Positions 36,877 through 50,222 of a stretch of 64,000 nt of DNA are shown here, one piece after another (within the stretch, counting starts at the first letter, position 1; the number at the start of each line of letters is the position of its first letter). The stretch lies in assembly GCF_006345805.1 (NCBI RefSeq), contig NC_043024.1, positions 7,936,001-8,000,000 on the forward strand. The letters are read 5' to 3'. The DNA is from Octopus sinensis. Taxonomy: Eukaryota. The translations under genes were made by a program, and so were the position numbers. The notes below the pieces were generated by a model. The model was not told where the DNA came from and did no database searches. It worked only from the letters and a program-made list of their open reading frames with translations.

Positions 36877-37919
36877 TGTGTGTGTGTGTTTGCCCCCCTA
36901 GCATTGCTTGACAACTGATGCCGGTGTGTTTATGTCCCCATTATTTAGGGGTTCGGCAAAAGAGACCGATAGAATAAGTACTGGGCTTACAAAAGAATAA
37001 GTCCCGGGGTCGAGTTGCTTGATTAAAGGCGGTGCTCCAGCATGGCCGCAGTCAAATGACTGAAACAAGTAAAAGAGTAAAGAGTATATCACTAACTCCA
37101 GCTTCTCTAACATACATGCCTTTGTGAAACACCAGATTACCTGAGCCCTAATCTGGTGGGATTTGGGCATAAAGGCTATGTGTATCTATGTTGTTGTCCT
37201 CACTATTTTACATCTATTATTCATGCTGGCATAGGTTAGATGAGTTAACAGATCCTGGCATAGGTTAGATTGGCACGTCAGAGGTCTGCACCAAGTTTGA
37301 ATATCTGCTTTGGCAGGGGTCTACAAATGGATGCCCTTCCTTATGCCGACCAACTTGCGTTGTGTATGAGGTGCTTTTTATGTGGCACCAGCACCAGTAG
37401 TTTATGGAGTAACTTGCAAGACAAGAGCCTACAGCTGAGGGGTCTTGTCTCGCAAGCGACTGAGAAGTGAGGGTGATATTGAGAGAGGTGGTCTTGTGCC
37501 AGGGGAGGAGCGATTAAAGTATGATGAGGACAGGAATAGGTGCTTTGCTGTTACAAAACATTCAGAACTATAAGAAGAGGCTGTTTTTATTAACCCTTTA
37601 GCATTTAAACTGGCCATATCCGGCCAGAAGTATTCTGCCTGTTTTATGTTCAAACTAGTGAGATCTGGTCTCTCACACCAACCCTACAATATCGTTTTAA
37701 AAATTAACAGCTACCTCATCAAAATCTCATAGCTACAAGATAATGCATGATTAGTTCAAAACAACCTGGATAAAAAAAGGATTCATTTTGGCAGAATAAT
37801 GCGAACACTAAAGGAAAATCGGGAATATCTTTTTGTTTACCTGTTAAAAAATATACAAAAGGACTTCTATGTTAAAACTAAAAGATTAAACACCTAAAGC
37901 AACTTAGCAAATGCTTAGC

Positions 37920-38147
37920 TTAACCCTTTCGTTACTGTATTTATTTTGAGATGCTCTGTATTTCTTTCAATTACTTTCTATATAGCAAAGAATTTAGTAA
38001 AATAACTTAGTTATCATTCAGCTAGTGTTAGGAGCATAAATTGTGACTAAGATTTGGTGGAAGATTTTAATTCAAAACTTATGAAAACAAGACGTTTGTA
38101 CTCTGAGCCAGAGCCGGTTTCAGCCAGGTTGGTAACAAAAGGGTTAA
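37920..38147 (+). mobile_element. MITE P1
   Basis: TTAA-bounded CCCTTT/AAAGGG ends. Confidence 0.85.
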
Positions 38148-38512
38148 GCCCTTCAATCCCTATGGAGCATAGGCATATGATTTTTCCCTACTGTTCTTGA
38201 CTCTGGGCTGTCTTTCCTGCTTCCTTCCTATTGGTTCCCTACTCTTTTTGCTCTGTCTTGGTGGTCCCACCTTCTTCTCTCAGGTGTCGTTGGTTTTGAA
38301 TTGGTCATCAGTACTTGTGTAACCATTGCTTTTTTTTCTAAGCAGGATTGGCCTTATGCAAACCTATTTTTACCTCTGGAAAGTAGTAGTCCATATTAAA
38401 TCTGGTCTCTATCCTTTGACCTGTCCAGTATGGGAGGCTCAACCAGGAGCTTGTGCCCTGCTGGCGTAGCTCCCGGGGTCATTGCAGAACACAAGCTACC
38501 ACCCTGGTGAAA
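38148..38512 (-). mobile_element. Short non-autonomous RTE-derived element (5' UTR fused to 3' end); paralog at 45978-46342
   Basis: Shared TATCCTTTGACCTGTC.AG.ATGGGAGGC block and similar tails in both copies; 5' part resembles RTE 5' UTRs (from recall). Confidence 0.55.
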
Positions 38513-38810
38513 CTTACATGACCATTTAAAAATAAGTACATTCTATTAAATTTATGACACTTCTACGTTAAGACTAAAAGCATTGTTTGAATATAAAATG
38601 AAGTGAAAGTAACAAGAAAAATTATGTTAAATGAAATAAAATTATCATTAAGAACTGAAAAGTTTATCCTTATGGCTCTGTGGTTAAGAAGCTTGCTTTG
38701 CAACCCCATGGTTTCAGGTTCAGTGCTGCTGTGTGGCACCTTGGCTAAGTGTCTTCTATCAAAGCCCCAGGCTAACCAATGCCTGAATTTGGTAGACAGA
38801 AGTCTGGTAG

Positions 38811-39801
38811 ATGAAGTTGTCTGTGTGCAGCAGGTTTGGTAGCCTTCAACTAACACTATCTCCTCCGAGACCCTGCGGCGCAAGTTGACCAAAATTATGA
38901 GAGTATGATAGAAGAAGGCTTGCTCTTCCTTCCGTACAAGAAAAAATTCAAATCAGACAATGTTAAGACCAAAAATTATTTACATCAAAAAGGTGTTTTT
39001 TTTCTATGAAAATCCCTATTTTTTACGATTTTTTTACTGCTCTGTCACCATTTTTCAGTGTATTTCAACCAGAAAAATGTTCACTTAAAAAGAGAATAAC
39101 AAGCTACATAATGCAAAATTTTTACTTTTCAAAAATTCCAATTCTAAAGGGTCGAAACAAACCCGAGCAACGCCGGGCGATACTGTTAGTATATATATAA
39201 AGCTGAAGTTGTCTGTGTGTGGCAGGTTTGGTAGCCTTCAACTAACACTATCTCCTCTGAGACCCTGCGGCGCAAGTTGACCAAAATTGAGAGTATGATA
39301 GAAGAAGGCTTGCTCTTCATTTCGTAGAAGAAAAAATTCAAATCGGACCATGTTAACACCAAAAATTATTTACATCAACAAGGTGCTTTTTTTCTATGAA
39401 AATCCCCATTTTTTACGATAATTTACTGCTCTGTCACCATTTTTCGGTGTATTTCAACCAGAAAAATGTTTACTTAACCCTTTAGTGTTTAAACTGGCCA
39501 TATCTGGCTCAAATATTCTACATGTTTTATATTCAAACTGGCGATATCTAGCCTTTCACACCTACCCTACATTGACACTCTAAAAATAAATAGTGACATT
39601 ATTGAAACCTCAAAGCTATAAGATAATGCATGATTAATTCAAGTTGATGATGATGAATTTGAATGAAGAAGTATTACATTTAACAGAATAATTTAAACAC
39701 TAAAGGGTTAAAAAGCTACATAATGCAAAATTTTTACTTTTCAAAAATTCCAATTCTAAAGGGTCGAAACAAACCCGAGCAACGCCAGGCAATACTGCTA
39801 G
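38811..39801 (+). mobile_element. Head-to-tail Helitron H3 dimer; second unit carries a P2 MITE
   Basis: Units 38811-39187 and 39188-39801 end CCGAGCAACGCC(G/A)GGC.ATACTG(T/C)TAG; MITE at 39474-39711. Confidence 0.8.
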
Positions 39802-40193
39802 TTTTAATATATATTGCATTTCATTGGACTCGGCACAACTTCTGTCTCCAACTTCCCAGCTACTTCTGGTTATAATGTACTTTAGAATCTGTGAGACTAC
39901 GTGACTAAGTCTGCTGTGGTTCTTTTGTGACAAAGTAGATTTTTGGGGTTTACCACCACATTGCCTTAGGCACACGCACACACACATGTATGCGTGCATA
40001 CACATACACACAAATGAGCAAGAATCTATATCTGCTGACTGTTAGAACAAGAGCTAAGTCTTTTATCTATCATCTTGCTGCTGTTCAACTGCAACAATAA
40101 TCAGCAGCAGCAGCCTCCGCGCTTAGCACTACACTGACACACAGACTCACACTCTCCTTCTTTAACTGGGAGAGGGTGAGATAAGGGGAGACA

Positions 40194-40244
40194 ATGTCTC
40201 AAGCACCAATTTGCTCTACTACAGCTCTCTTTGTACATATGTGT
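40194..40244 (+). CDS. Candidate alternative first coding exon (MSQAPICSTTALFVHMC, phase 0)
   Basis: ATG followed by a perfect GTAAGT donor at 40245; preceded by non-repetitive UTR-like sequence. Confidence 0.3.
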
Positions 40245-40254
40245 GTAAGTATGT

Positions 40255-40395
40255 GTGTCTGTGCTGAGTATGTGTTTACATATGTGTGTGTATGAGTATA
40301 TGTGTGTAGTTGTGTATATCTTTGTATGTTATGTATATATCTACAATACATGTGAATGTGTGTCCATGTATGTATATTATTATATCTGTGTATGC

Positions 40396-40437
<42 letters not shown>

Positions 40438-40482
40438 ATATATGTGTGTGTGTGTGTATATATGTGTGTGTGTGTGTATATA

Positions 40483-40513
<31 letters not shown>

Positions 40514-40538
40514 GTGTGTGTGTGTGTATATATATGTG

Positions 40539-40573
<35 letters not shown>

Positions 40574-40853
40574 ATATATGTGTGTGTGTGTATATATGTG
40601 TGTGTGTGTGTGTATATATGTGTGTGTGTGTATATATATGTGTGTGTGTGTGTATATATGTGTGTGTCTGTATGTGTGTGTGTGTGTGTGTTGTATATAT
40701 GTGTGTGTGTGTATATATGTGTGTGTGTGTGTGTATATGTGTGTGTCTGTATGTGTGTGTGTGTGTGTGGTGTGTGTATATATATATTTTTTTCTTCTCT
40801 AGTGTCAGCTCAGAGCTGCAGCCATGCTGATGCACCGCTGTTGTATATATATA

Positions 40854-40910
<57 letters not shown>
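40255..40910. repeat. (GT)n/(TA)n compound microsatellite
   Basis: Direct inspection. Confidence 0.95.
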
Positions 40911-41729
40911 TGTTTCAGTCATTTGACTGTGGCCATTCTGGAGCACTGCCTTATAGATGATGTGTGTGTGTGTGTGTGAGTGTAATGTATTCTCCACTGA
41001 AGAGTGCAATGCCAGTGTTGTGGTGGGGCTGTAGTCCTTTAGTGATGCTAGAAGTAGGGTAAAGAATTACACTTATATTCTAATAGCTTGAAGTACATTT
41101 GTATTTCCTTCTCAGAATCTTACTATTCAAGTTAAAGACTAACCAAACAGTTGGTTGTCACAACGGTAAGACATTAGTAGAAAACAATATCGGGCATGGC
41201 TGTGTGGCAAGAAGCTTGCTTCACAACCACATGGTTCCAGGTTCAGTCCCACTGCATGGCACCTTGGGCTAGTGTCTTCTACTATAGTCTCGGGCCTACC
41301 AAAGCCTTGTGAGTGGATTTGGTAGATGGAAACTGAAAGAAGCCCATCATGTGTGAATGTATGTATGTATATATACACATATATATACATATACACACAT
41401 GCATACATATATATATATATGTGTGTGTATTACATATATATAAGAAGGATGACCACTAAGTGGACATCCATATGCTAGAAGTCGACCCCCCCCCCTATGT
41501 TTGTTTGCTAAATTCATTCATAAGGCACTGATTGGTTCAGGGATACAGTAGACGTCTGTCCAGGGCGCTGTGCATCAGGACTGAAACCAAAACTAAATGG
41601 TCTTACCACTAAGAAAGGGATGTTCTCAAGAAAATTTAGATTTTTCTATATGCTAGACCACTGGTTTTAAATTGATATTAATCGAATTAGTATTGAATTT
41701 TTCACCCTTAGTATTTTAAATTTAAATAT

Positions 41730-41773
<44 letters not shown>

Positions 41774-42569
41774 ATATATAGATAGATAGATAGATAGATA
41801 CAGATGTTTGTTGCCCCCACTGCTTGACAACTGGTGTTCTGGTGTTGCTTTGTTTATGTCCCCATAACTTTGTTCCTTCTGTGCCATAAGGCACTTAATT
41901 CCACAATACACCCTCTCCAATCAGCTCAGTTTTTTTTGCCACTGTTGTGGTCTCATTCCAGCTTTTCCACCCTTCTAGTCTCCTTTCCTTGTCAGTAGTT
42001 CTTTGCCATGTGGTTTTAACCCTTCAGCATTCAAACCGGCCGTATCTGGCCGAAATATTTAACCTGTTATATATTGAAACTGACCAGATCTCACCTTTCA
42101 TCTCAGCCCAACCATGTCGTTCTGAAACTAAAAAATCACATCACCGAAATCTCTAAACTACAAGATAATGCATGATTAATTCAAACCATTTTAAATAAAC
42201 AAACATCACATTTGACAGAATAATCTGAACCCTAAAGGGTTAAGGCACGCGCCCTGCTGCTCTTTCCCTCTCAGGCTCCCACTTTAGTGCCACCATGCAA
42301 TCAATCATTATTCTTAATCTTGTCTGAGCACGTGTCCAATCCATTTCCAGCGTCTGAGTCTTATTTCGTCACCTGTCCTGTCAGTACCTGTTGTCGTCTC
42401 AATTGTGTCATTTCAAACTCTTTGAAGCCACTTAATGTCGAGTATTTTCGTTAAGCATGTGGACTGGAAGCTGGCCATTGATTTTTTTTTTTTTTTGTTC
42501 CATTTGTGTCACTTTCCAATTTGAGACTGATAGAATAAATACTGAAGGTGATTTGTTGAACTAAACACT

Positions 42570-43995
42570 TTAACCCTTTCATTACCAACCTGGCTCAAAC
42601 TGGCTCAGGGCTCTGTAGTACGAATGTCTTGTTTTCATAAGTTTTGAACTAAAGCCTTCCACCAAACCTTAGACACAATTTATGTTCCTAACACTAGCTT
42701 AATGATAACTAAGTTATTTAACTAAATTCTTTGTTATATTTAAAATTAATTAAAAGAAACACAGAGCATCTCAACAGAAATATGGTAACAAAAGGGTTAA
42801 CAAATGATTAATTTAACCCTTTCATTACCAACCCGGCTCAAACTGGCTCAGGGCTCTGTAGTACAAATGTCTTGTTTTCATAAGTTTTGAATTAAAATCT
42901 TCCACCAAACCTTAGACACAATTTATGTTCCTGACACTAGCTGAATGATAACTAAGTTATTTTACTAAATTCTCTGTTATATTTAAAATTAATTGAAAGA
43001 AACACAGAGCATCTCAACAGAAATATGGTAACAAAAGGGTTAACAAATGATTAATTTAACCCTTTTGATACCAACCCGGCTCAAACTGGCTCAGGGCTCT
43101 GTAGTACGAATGTCTTGTTTTTGTAAGTTCTGAATTAAAATCTTCCACCAAACCTTAGCCACAATTTATGTTCCTAACACTAGATTAATGATAACTAAGT
43201 TATTTTACTAAATTCTTTGTTATATTTAAAATTAATTGAAAGAAACACAGAGCATCTCAACAGAAATATGGTAACAAAAGGGTTAACAAATGATTAATTT
43301 AACCCTTTCATTACCAACCCGGCTCAAACTGCCTCTGTCTCTGTAGTACGAATGTCTTGTTTTCATAAGTTTTGAACTAAAACCTTCCACCAAACCTTAG
43401 CCACAATTTATGTTCCTAACACTAGCTGAATGATAACTAAGTTATTTTACTAAATTCTTTGTTATATTTAAAATTAATTGAAAGAAACACAGAGCATCTC
43501 AACAGAAATATGGTAACAAAAGGGTTAACAAATGATTAATTTAACCCTTTCGCTACCAACCCGGCTCAAACTGGCTCAGGGCTCTGTAGTACGAATGTCT
43601 TGTTTTCATAAGTTTTGAACTAAAACCTTCCACCAAACCTTAGCCACAATTTATGTTCCTAACACTAGCTTAATGATAACTAAGTTATTTTACTAAATTC
43701 TTTGTTATATTTAAAATTAATTGAAAGAAACACAGAGCATCTCAACAGAAATATGGTAACAAAAGGGTTAACAAATGATTAATTTAACCCTTTCATTACC
43801 AACCCGGCTCAAACTGCCTCTGTCTCTGTAGTACGAATGTCTTGTTTTCATAAGTTTTGAATTCAAATCTTCCACCAAACCTTAGCCACAATTTATGTTC
43901 CTAACACTAGCTTAATGATAACTAAGTTATTTTACTAAATTCTTTGTTATATTTAAAGTGAGAGAAATACAAAGCCTCTCAAAATAAATAAGGTA
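42570..43995 (-). repeat. Satellite-like array of MITE P1: five whole copies plus a truncated sixth, 242-243-bp period
   Basis: TTAACCCTTT at 42570, 42813, 43056, 43299, 43541 and 43784; constant spacer CAAATGATTAAT. Confidence 0.95.
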
Positions 43996-44789
43996 ATGAA
44001 AGTGCCCTAGCTTGACCAAAGTCCAGTGGCTGAAACAGATGAAAGATGTATTTGTGATGTTGAAATGGAACTGTTGTTAAAATTGTAGACTCTCATGGTG
44101 GAGTAGGTTTTCATTTCCTTTTTTCAATCATTAGACTGGCCATGCTGGAGCACTGTCTTGAAAGGTTTAGCGGAACAACTTGACCCCAGTATTTATTCAA
44201 TTGGTCTCTATGGTTGAACTAAACAAACCAACACCGGTCATCAAGTGGTGTGTGTGGGACACACACGTATGATGGTCTTTGAGGTAGTTTCTGTCTTTCA
44301 AACCCCCAAGGCATTGGGCTATAATCGAAGATATTTGTCAAAGGTGCTGTGCAGTAAGACTGAACCTGAAACCTCATGGTTGCAATGTGAGCTTCTTAAC
44401 CACACAGCCATGCCTGTTCCTGTGTTAGAAAAGTAGTTTAATCTAATCTATAGATATGTATAAACATTGGAAAGGCATTGTTGTTAGAATTGTAGACTCT
44501 GATAGTGGAGTATGGTTTGCATAGAACTGTTAAAATGGTAGACTGTTGTGGTGGAATTGGGGTGCCGAAGCTGACTGGTTTCATTTCTTATTGACACAGA
44601 ATAACGAAATCAAAACTTAACTGTAATGGAGTTAAATGCAATTTGTCTGTCTGTTAGGAAAAATGCCAATTTTGAACTGGATTATTTTTGCTATTCTTAC
44701 ATTTTCAATACTTGTTAGAGTTCATTTAGGAATAAGATTAACTACTGAAGGAAGGTAAAATAGTGATTAGTTGTGTTATTTTACGTAAG

Positions 44790-45510
44790 CCCTTCACTCC
44801 CTGCGGAGTAAGTTAAGTTAGTTAATTTTTTGGCTCAAAAAGCAAAAAGCAAGGCCATGTAAGGGGACATGGAGTTATGTACAAGGAGGGGGTTCATGCA
44901 AAGAGTTCAGGCCATTTCTGGTCAAGAGAGACTTTGGAACCGAGCAGTCGTCAGCATCTTCACTATCTCGTCCGGCAGCTTATTCCACGGATCCGCAACC
45001 CGGATGGAGAAAGCCCCTCTCCTTCGATTGAGATGAAATCGTCGCAGATAGAGCTTTTCGGAGTGACCCCGCAGCCGACGCTCTGGAGCAGAGTGAAGAA
45101 CAGCTCTTTCGAGAGGTTACACTTTCCGCTTATGATGTTGTGAGCGAGAATGAGATCACTACGGCGGCTGCGTTTTTTGAGAGAATAAAGGTCGAGTGTC
45201 TTCAGCCTTTCTTCATAAGACAAATGCTTGAGACCAAGAACCATGCGGGTAGCCAGCTTCTGGACTCTTTCGAAATGATGTATGTCTATAAGGAGAAGAG
45301 GCTTGAATCCCGTACTCCAGTATGGGTCTCACCAGCGTGACATAGAGCAGTAGGAATATGGCTGCTGTGAGTATCGGCCGTCAGCAAAATTTCTGCATTG
45401 TTCTCATGTGTAGGATATTTTTTCTGCTTCTCTTCAGTTGGATCCGTGCTTTCTCAGTTCCATCTCAGTATCCTGCTTCATGTGCTTCCCTGAGAGAAGG
45501 CCTTCCTCTC
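44790..45510 (-). mobile_element. CR1-clade LINE 3' fragment
   Basis: ERVQKLATRMVLGLKHLSYEERLKTLDLYSL.KR.R..DLI is a typical CR1 RT C-terminus; (TAACT)-type tail near 44810. Confidence 0.9.
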
Positions 45511-46794
45511 CTGAGTTTTGTTTGTGTTGAATTATCATTAATGATTCTGTAACCTTTTTTTTTCTAGTTAGGTGTTGAGCTCTATGTAAACCCATTTTGC
45601 TTTAAGTGATCATCATCATCATCGTTTAACGTCTGCTTTCCATGCTAGCATGGGTTGGATGAATGACTGAGGGCTGGTGAACCAGATGGCTGCACCAGGC
45701 TTCAATCTTGATCTAGCAGAGTTTCTACAGCTGGATGCCCTTCCTAACGCCAACCACTCCAAGAGTGTAGTGGGTGCTTTTACGTGCCACTGGCATGGGG
45801 CCAGTCAGGCAGTACTGGCAACGACCTCACTCGAATCTTTTACACATGCCACTGGCACAGGTACCAGTAAGGCGATGCTGGTAACGATCACACTCGAATG
45901 GTGTCTTTTACATACCACCGGCACGAAGGCCAGATAGCTGCTCTGTCAAGTGATGAATTTGAATAAGTGTTAGACTTTTACTTAAGCCTTTTGCTACCTA
46001 TGGACCTTTGGCTATTGACAGCCTCTCTCCACTGCTTTGACTCCAGGCTGTCTCCTGGTGGTCAGAAGGGGAGTCAGCCTTGCAGCTTTCTTTTGGATTT
46101 TGTTGCTCTGTATAAGGCCTTCCTCTCTCAGATCTCGGTGCTTTTGAATTGTGATCGATGCTGCTGTAACTTTGCTTTTTTTCAAGATAGCTGTGTTGGC
46201 CTCTTGCAAACCCATTTTTACCTCTGGGAAGTGTGGCATCTATCCTTTGACCTGTCTAGCATGGGAGGCCCTACGAGGGGCCTGCACTCTGCTGGCATAG
46301 CTCTCAAGGTCTTTGAGGCACATAAGCTACTACACCAGGACTAGAGCTTGTGGTGAGATTGCTTGTATAGCATCTGTACTTTTTGTTTCTGCTAATCGAA
46401 GTTTACTTCACAATAAGGTCCTGGGTTCAATCCCACATCAGGGTATCTTTTACCATAGCCTTGCAGCATCCCAGACTGGCAGTGCTTGTGTTTTTAAGCA
46501 AAACACTTCATTTCATGTTGCGCCGGTCCGCTCAACTGTAAATAGATAATGTTGCGATGGATTGGCCTTCTGTTCAGGAGGTTATTAGCGTCCTTGCCTA
46601 ACCAGTGGTGTGGCATCATTTGGAAGCTACAACAATGCAAGGAAGCGCACTGTAACTAGTGGTGTATAACATGGGATAGTCTGGTTGATACAGTGATATA
46701 ATGAAAGTGTGTCTGTGATGTGTGCATGTATGTATGCATGTGTGTGTATGCATGTGTGTGTGCATGTGTGTATGTATGTGTGTATCCAGCATGA

Positions 46795-47010
46795 AGAACT
46801 TAAGCAAGCTGCACGAAAGTGCACGGCTCGTATAGTGAATGAGGAAAGCTTGGTCTGCAATGTTTGCAGTCGTGTGTGCTTGTCAAGAGCAGGGTTCATT
46901 AGCCACCAACAGAGCCGCAAATGCAAAATATAAGTTAGTCCTAGAGCGCACAATGTTCCTGAAGGTCGGCAATGGTCTTCCTCGGTCACGAGTGGACGGC
47001 CATCATATCA
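46795..47010 (+). mobile_element. RTE LINE extreme 3' end with zinc-finger remnant
   Basis: RK...CNVCSRVCLSRAGFISHQQS followed by a short 3' UTR and ATC tail. Confidence 0.7.
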
Positions 47011-47934
47011 TGCATGTGTATGTATGTATGTATGTATGTGTGTGTACCCTTCTCCTTACATTGCATGATGGTTGTAAACAAGCATTATAAGTGATGTTCA
47101 TTTCCAGACTCCTATGGCACTGGGGAAATACTATTTTCTGCTGTAGAAAATCTGCCTCAACCAATTCTATCCAACCCATGCAAGCATGGAAAAGAGGACA
47201 TTGAAGTGATGATTTTCCTCACTCCTTGGTGTCAATCTGACCTCACAGCCGAAAATCTTAGACTGCATTCCCTGCCTACTTCTCTCTCTCGTCTCCATAC
47301 GTCATTGTCTATCACACACAAGTCTCCACACGAAATAGCATGTATAATTTTCATTTTTCTACCTTTCTCTGTAATTCTCTTATGTCGTTTGTTTTTATTT
47401 TTTTTTATTGAATTTATTTTGTAGCATTTCTTTTTTTTTTCTTCTCCTCCTTACACAAGCATAGGGTTGTGTATGTTTGCAAATTTTTAGTAATTTCAGT
47501 AATTATATCAGCATAAATATTTTGGGGGAGATATTTACTACTTGCATATTCCTTTCTATATGTAATCAATCAGCCTTGAAATGATAATCAATTTTTCATC
47601 ATAATTGAACACAAAGCAAGCATAGTAGTAGAATATATTGAGCCCATTCATTACCACATTTCTACTGAAATACACTTCCAATTAATTTTTAAAATAATGA
47701 AGAATTTATTAAATTAACCATTATTAAGTTGCTGTTTCGAACATAAATTAATAAGGAATTTTGATGGAAGGTTTTAACTAAAATTCACTTTTACTCTTTC
47801 GTTGCCATATTTCTACTGAATTACATTGCCCTTATTTTGATTAATTTTGAAAATAATGAAAAATTTATTAAAATAAATTTGTCATGAAGCTGGTGTTTAG
47901 AACAAGGGTACACACTCATGGGCATATATTAGGG

Positions 47935-48345
47935 GGTGCTGGCAGAAACGTTAGCACGCCGGGTGAAATGCGTAGCCGTATTTCGTCTACCGTTACGTTC
48001 TGAGTTCAAATTCCGCCGAGGTCGACTTTGCCTTTCATCCTTTCGGGGTCGATAAATTAAGTACCAGTTGCACGCTGGGGTCGATGTAATCGACTTAATC
48101 CGTTCGTCTGTCCTTGTTTGTCCCCTCTGTGTTTAGCCCCTTGTGGGTAGTAAAGAAATAGGTATTTCGTCTGCCGTTACGTTCTGAGTTCAAATTCCGC
48201 CGAGGTCGACTTTGCCTTTCATCCTTTCGGGGTCGATAAATTAAGTACCAGTTACGCACAAGGGTCCATATAATCGACTTAATCCATCTGTCTGTCCTTG
48301 TTCGTCCCCTCTGTGTTTAGCCCCTTGTGGGTAGTAAAGAAATTT
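47935..48345 (+). repeat. SINE B with a duplicated 3' part
   Basis: Junction GAAATAGGTATTTC near 48155-48168. Confidence 0.9.
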
Positions 48346-49734
48346 ATATGAGGGAGTGCTGAAAATTTCATGACTTTAAGGGTATCACAAAAGCCCTAAT
48401 TGGAGGTCCAACCTTCTGTGTTCTTTTACAGGGTTTAAAAAAACTGAAGGGCTGCTGCAAAAAGTGTGTGAATCTGAGAGGGGAATACGTTAAATAAAAT
48501 AATTAACTGATCCTCCTGTATTTTCTTTTACCGAAAACCAGGAACTTTTCAGCTCCCCACCATGTGCGCGTGTGTGTTTGTGCTTGTGTTTTGACCAACT
48601 GTCTTGATTGTAAATGTGTAATATAGTCATACAAGCAAGTTGTTTGTTTCCAAACTTAGATGAAAACATGTCTAGCCATCATCATCATCATCATCGTTTA
48701 GCATCCGTTTTCCGTGCTAGCATGGGTTGGACGGTTCAACTGGGGTCTGGGAAGCCAGAAGGCTGCACCAGGCCCAGTCTGATCTGGCAGTGTTTCTACG
48801 GCTGGATGCCCTTCCTAACGCCAACCACTCCATGAGTGTAGTGGGAGCTTTTTATGTGCCACCTGCACAGGTGCCAGACGAGGTTGGCAAACGGCCACGG
48901 TCCGATGGTGCTTTTTATGTGCCACCGGCACGGGGGGGGGGGGGGTTAATATTACCTTGCTTGAAAGCAGGTGAGTGTTGGTAATTGGGAGGGTATCCAG
49001 CCATAGAAAATCTACCTCAGCAAATTCTATCTGAGCCATGCAAGCATAGAAAAATGAATGTTAAATGATGATGATTAACTCTTAATGTTGTTGAAGTCTG
49101 AATATTTTATAAGTAGAAATATATTGAAAATAAATAAACGAGACCTAAAATATGGTTGTCTTACATACGTGGTAACTACTGATGAATTTAAGGGTGCGAT
49201 ATAACCAGTTTGGAATAGGGATGTCTGTGTGGTAAGAACTTTGCTTCCCAATTACATGGTTGCAAGTTCAGTCCCACTATGTGATACTTGAGGCAAGTGT
49301 CTTCTACTAGTCCTGGGCCGGCCAATTGCATCTTTCGTTCGTTTTAGTCATTGGCCATGATGGAGTACAGCCTTGAAAAGTTTTATTTGGATAAAAGAAC
49401 CCTGATATTTGTTTTAAAGCGTAGTACCTATTCTATCAGAGCCAAACAGCTATGTGGATGTAAACAAACCAACATTGGTTCTTAAGAGCTGGTGGAGGCA
49501 GATGAAAAGACATACAGATTATATACATGCATGTATGATGGGCTTTTAGTTTCTGTGTATCAAATATCAAATAGCTGGATGCCTTTCCTAACACCAACCA
49601 CACAACAGTGGATTGAGTCCATTTTACGTGGCACAAGCACAGATGAGGTCAGTTTTGGCATGGTTTTTACAGTTGGATGCCCTTCCAAACACCAACCACT
49701 TTACAGTGTGGACTTGATGCCTTTTATCATCTTC

Positions 49735-50222
49735 ATCATCATCATCATCATTGTTTAGCGTCCGCTTTCCATGCTGGCATGGGTTGGACAGTTCAACTGG
49801 GGTCTGGGAAGCCAGAAGGCCGCACCAGGCCCAGTCTGATCTGGCAGTGTTTCTATGGCTGGATGCCCTTCCTAACGCTAACCACTCCATGAGTGTAGTG
49901 GGTGCTTTTTACGTGCCAGACGAGGCTGGCAAACGACCACGATCGGATGGTGCTTTTTACGTGCCACCGGCACGGATGCCAGGCGAGGCTGGCAATGGCC
50001 ACAATCGGATGGTGCTTTTTACGTGCCACCGGCACAGAGGCCAGGCGAGGCTGGCAACGGCCACGATCGGATGGTGCTTTTTACGTGCCACCGGCACACA
50101 GGCCAGGCGAGGCTGGCAACAGCCACGATCGGATGGTGCTTTTTACGTGCCAGTGGCACAGAGGCCAGGCGAGGCTGGCAACGGCCACGATCGGATGGTG
50201 ATTTTTACGTGCCAGTGGCACC
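49735..50222 (-). repeat. Family C element with about six internal 56-bp tandem units
   Basis: Repeats of GGCGAGGCTGGCAAC.GCCACGATCGGATGGTGCTTTTTACGTGCCA. Confidence 0.9.

Noticed and set aside
40255-41009. Long ORFs of up to 216 aa (also 26559-27008, 50786-51487, 57438-58088, 62681-63405)
   Set aside because: Translations of (CA)/(TA)/(TATG) microsatellites, which lack stops in several frames.
42570-43995. CRISPR-like look of the regular array
   Set aside because: Spacers are identical, the repeats are 230-bp MITEs, there are no cas genes, and the context is eukaryotic.
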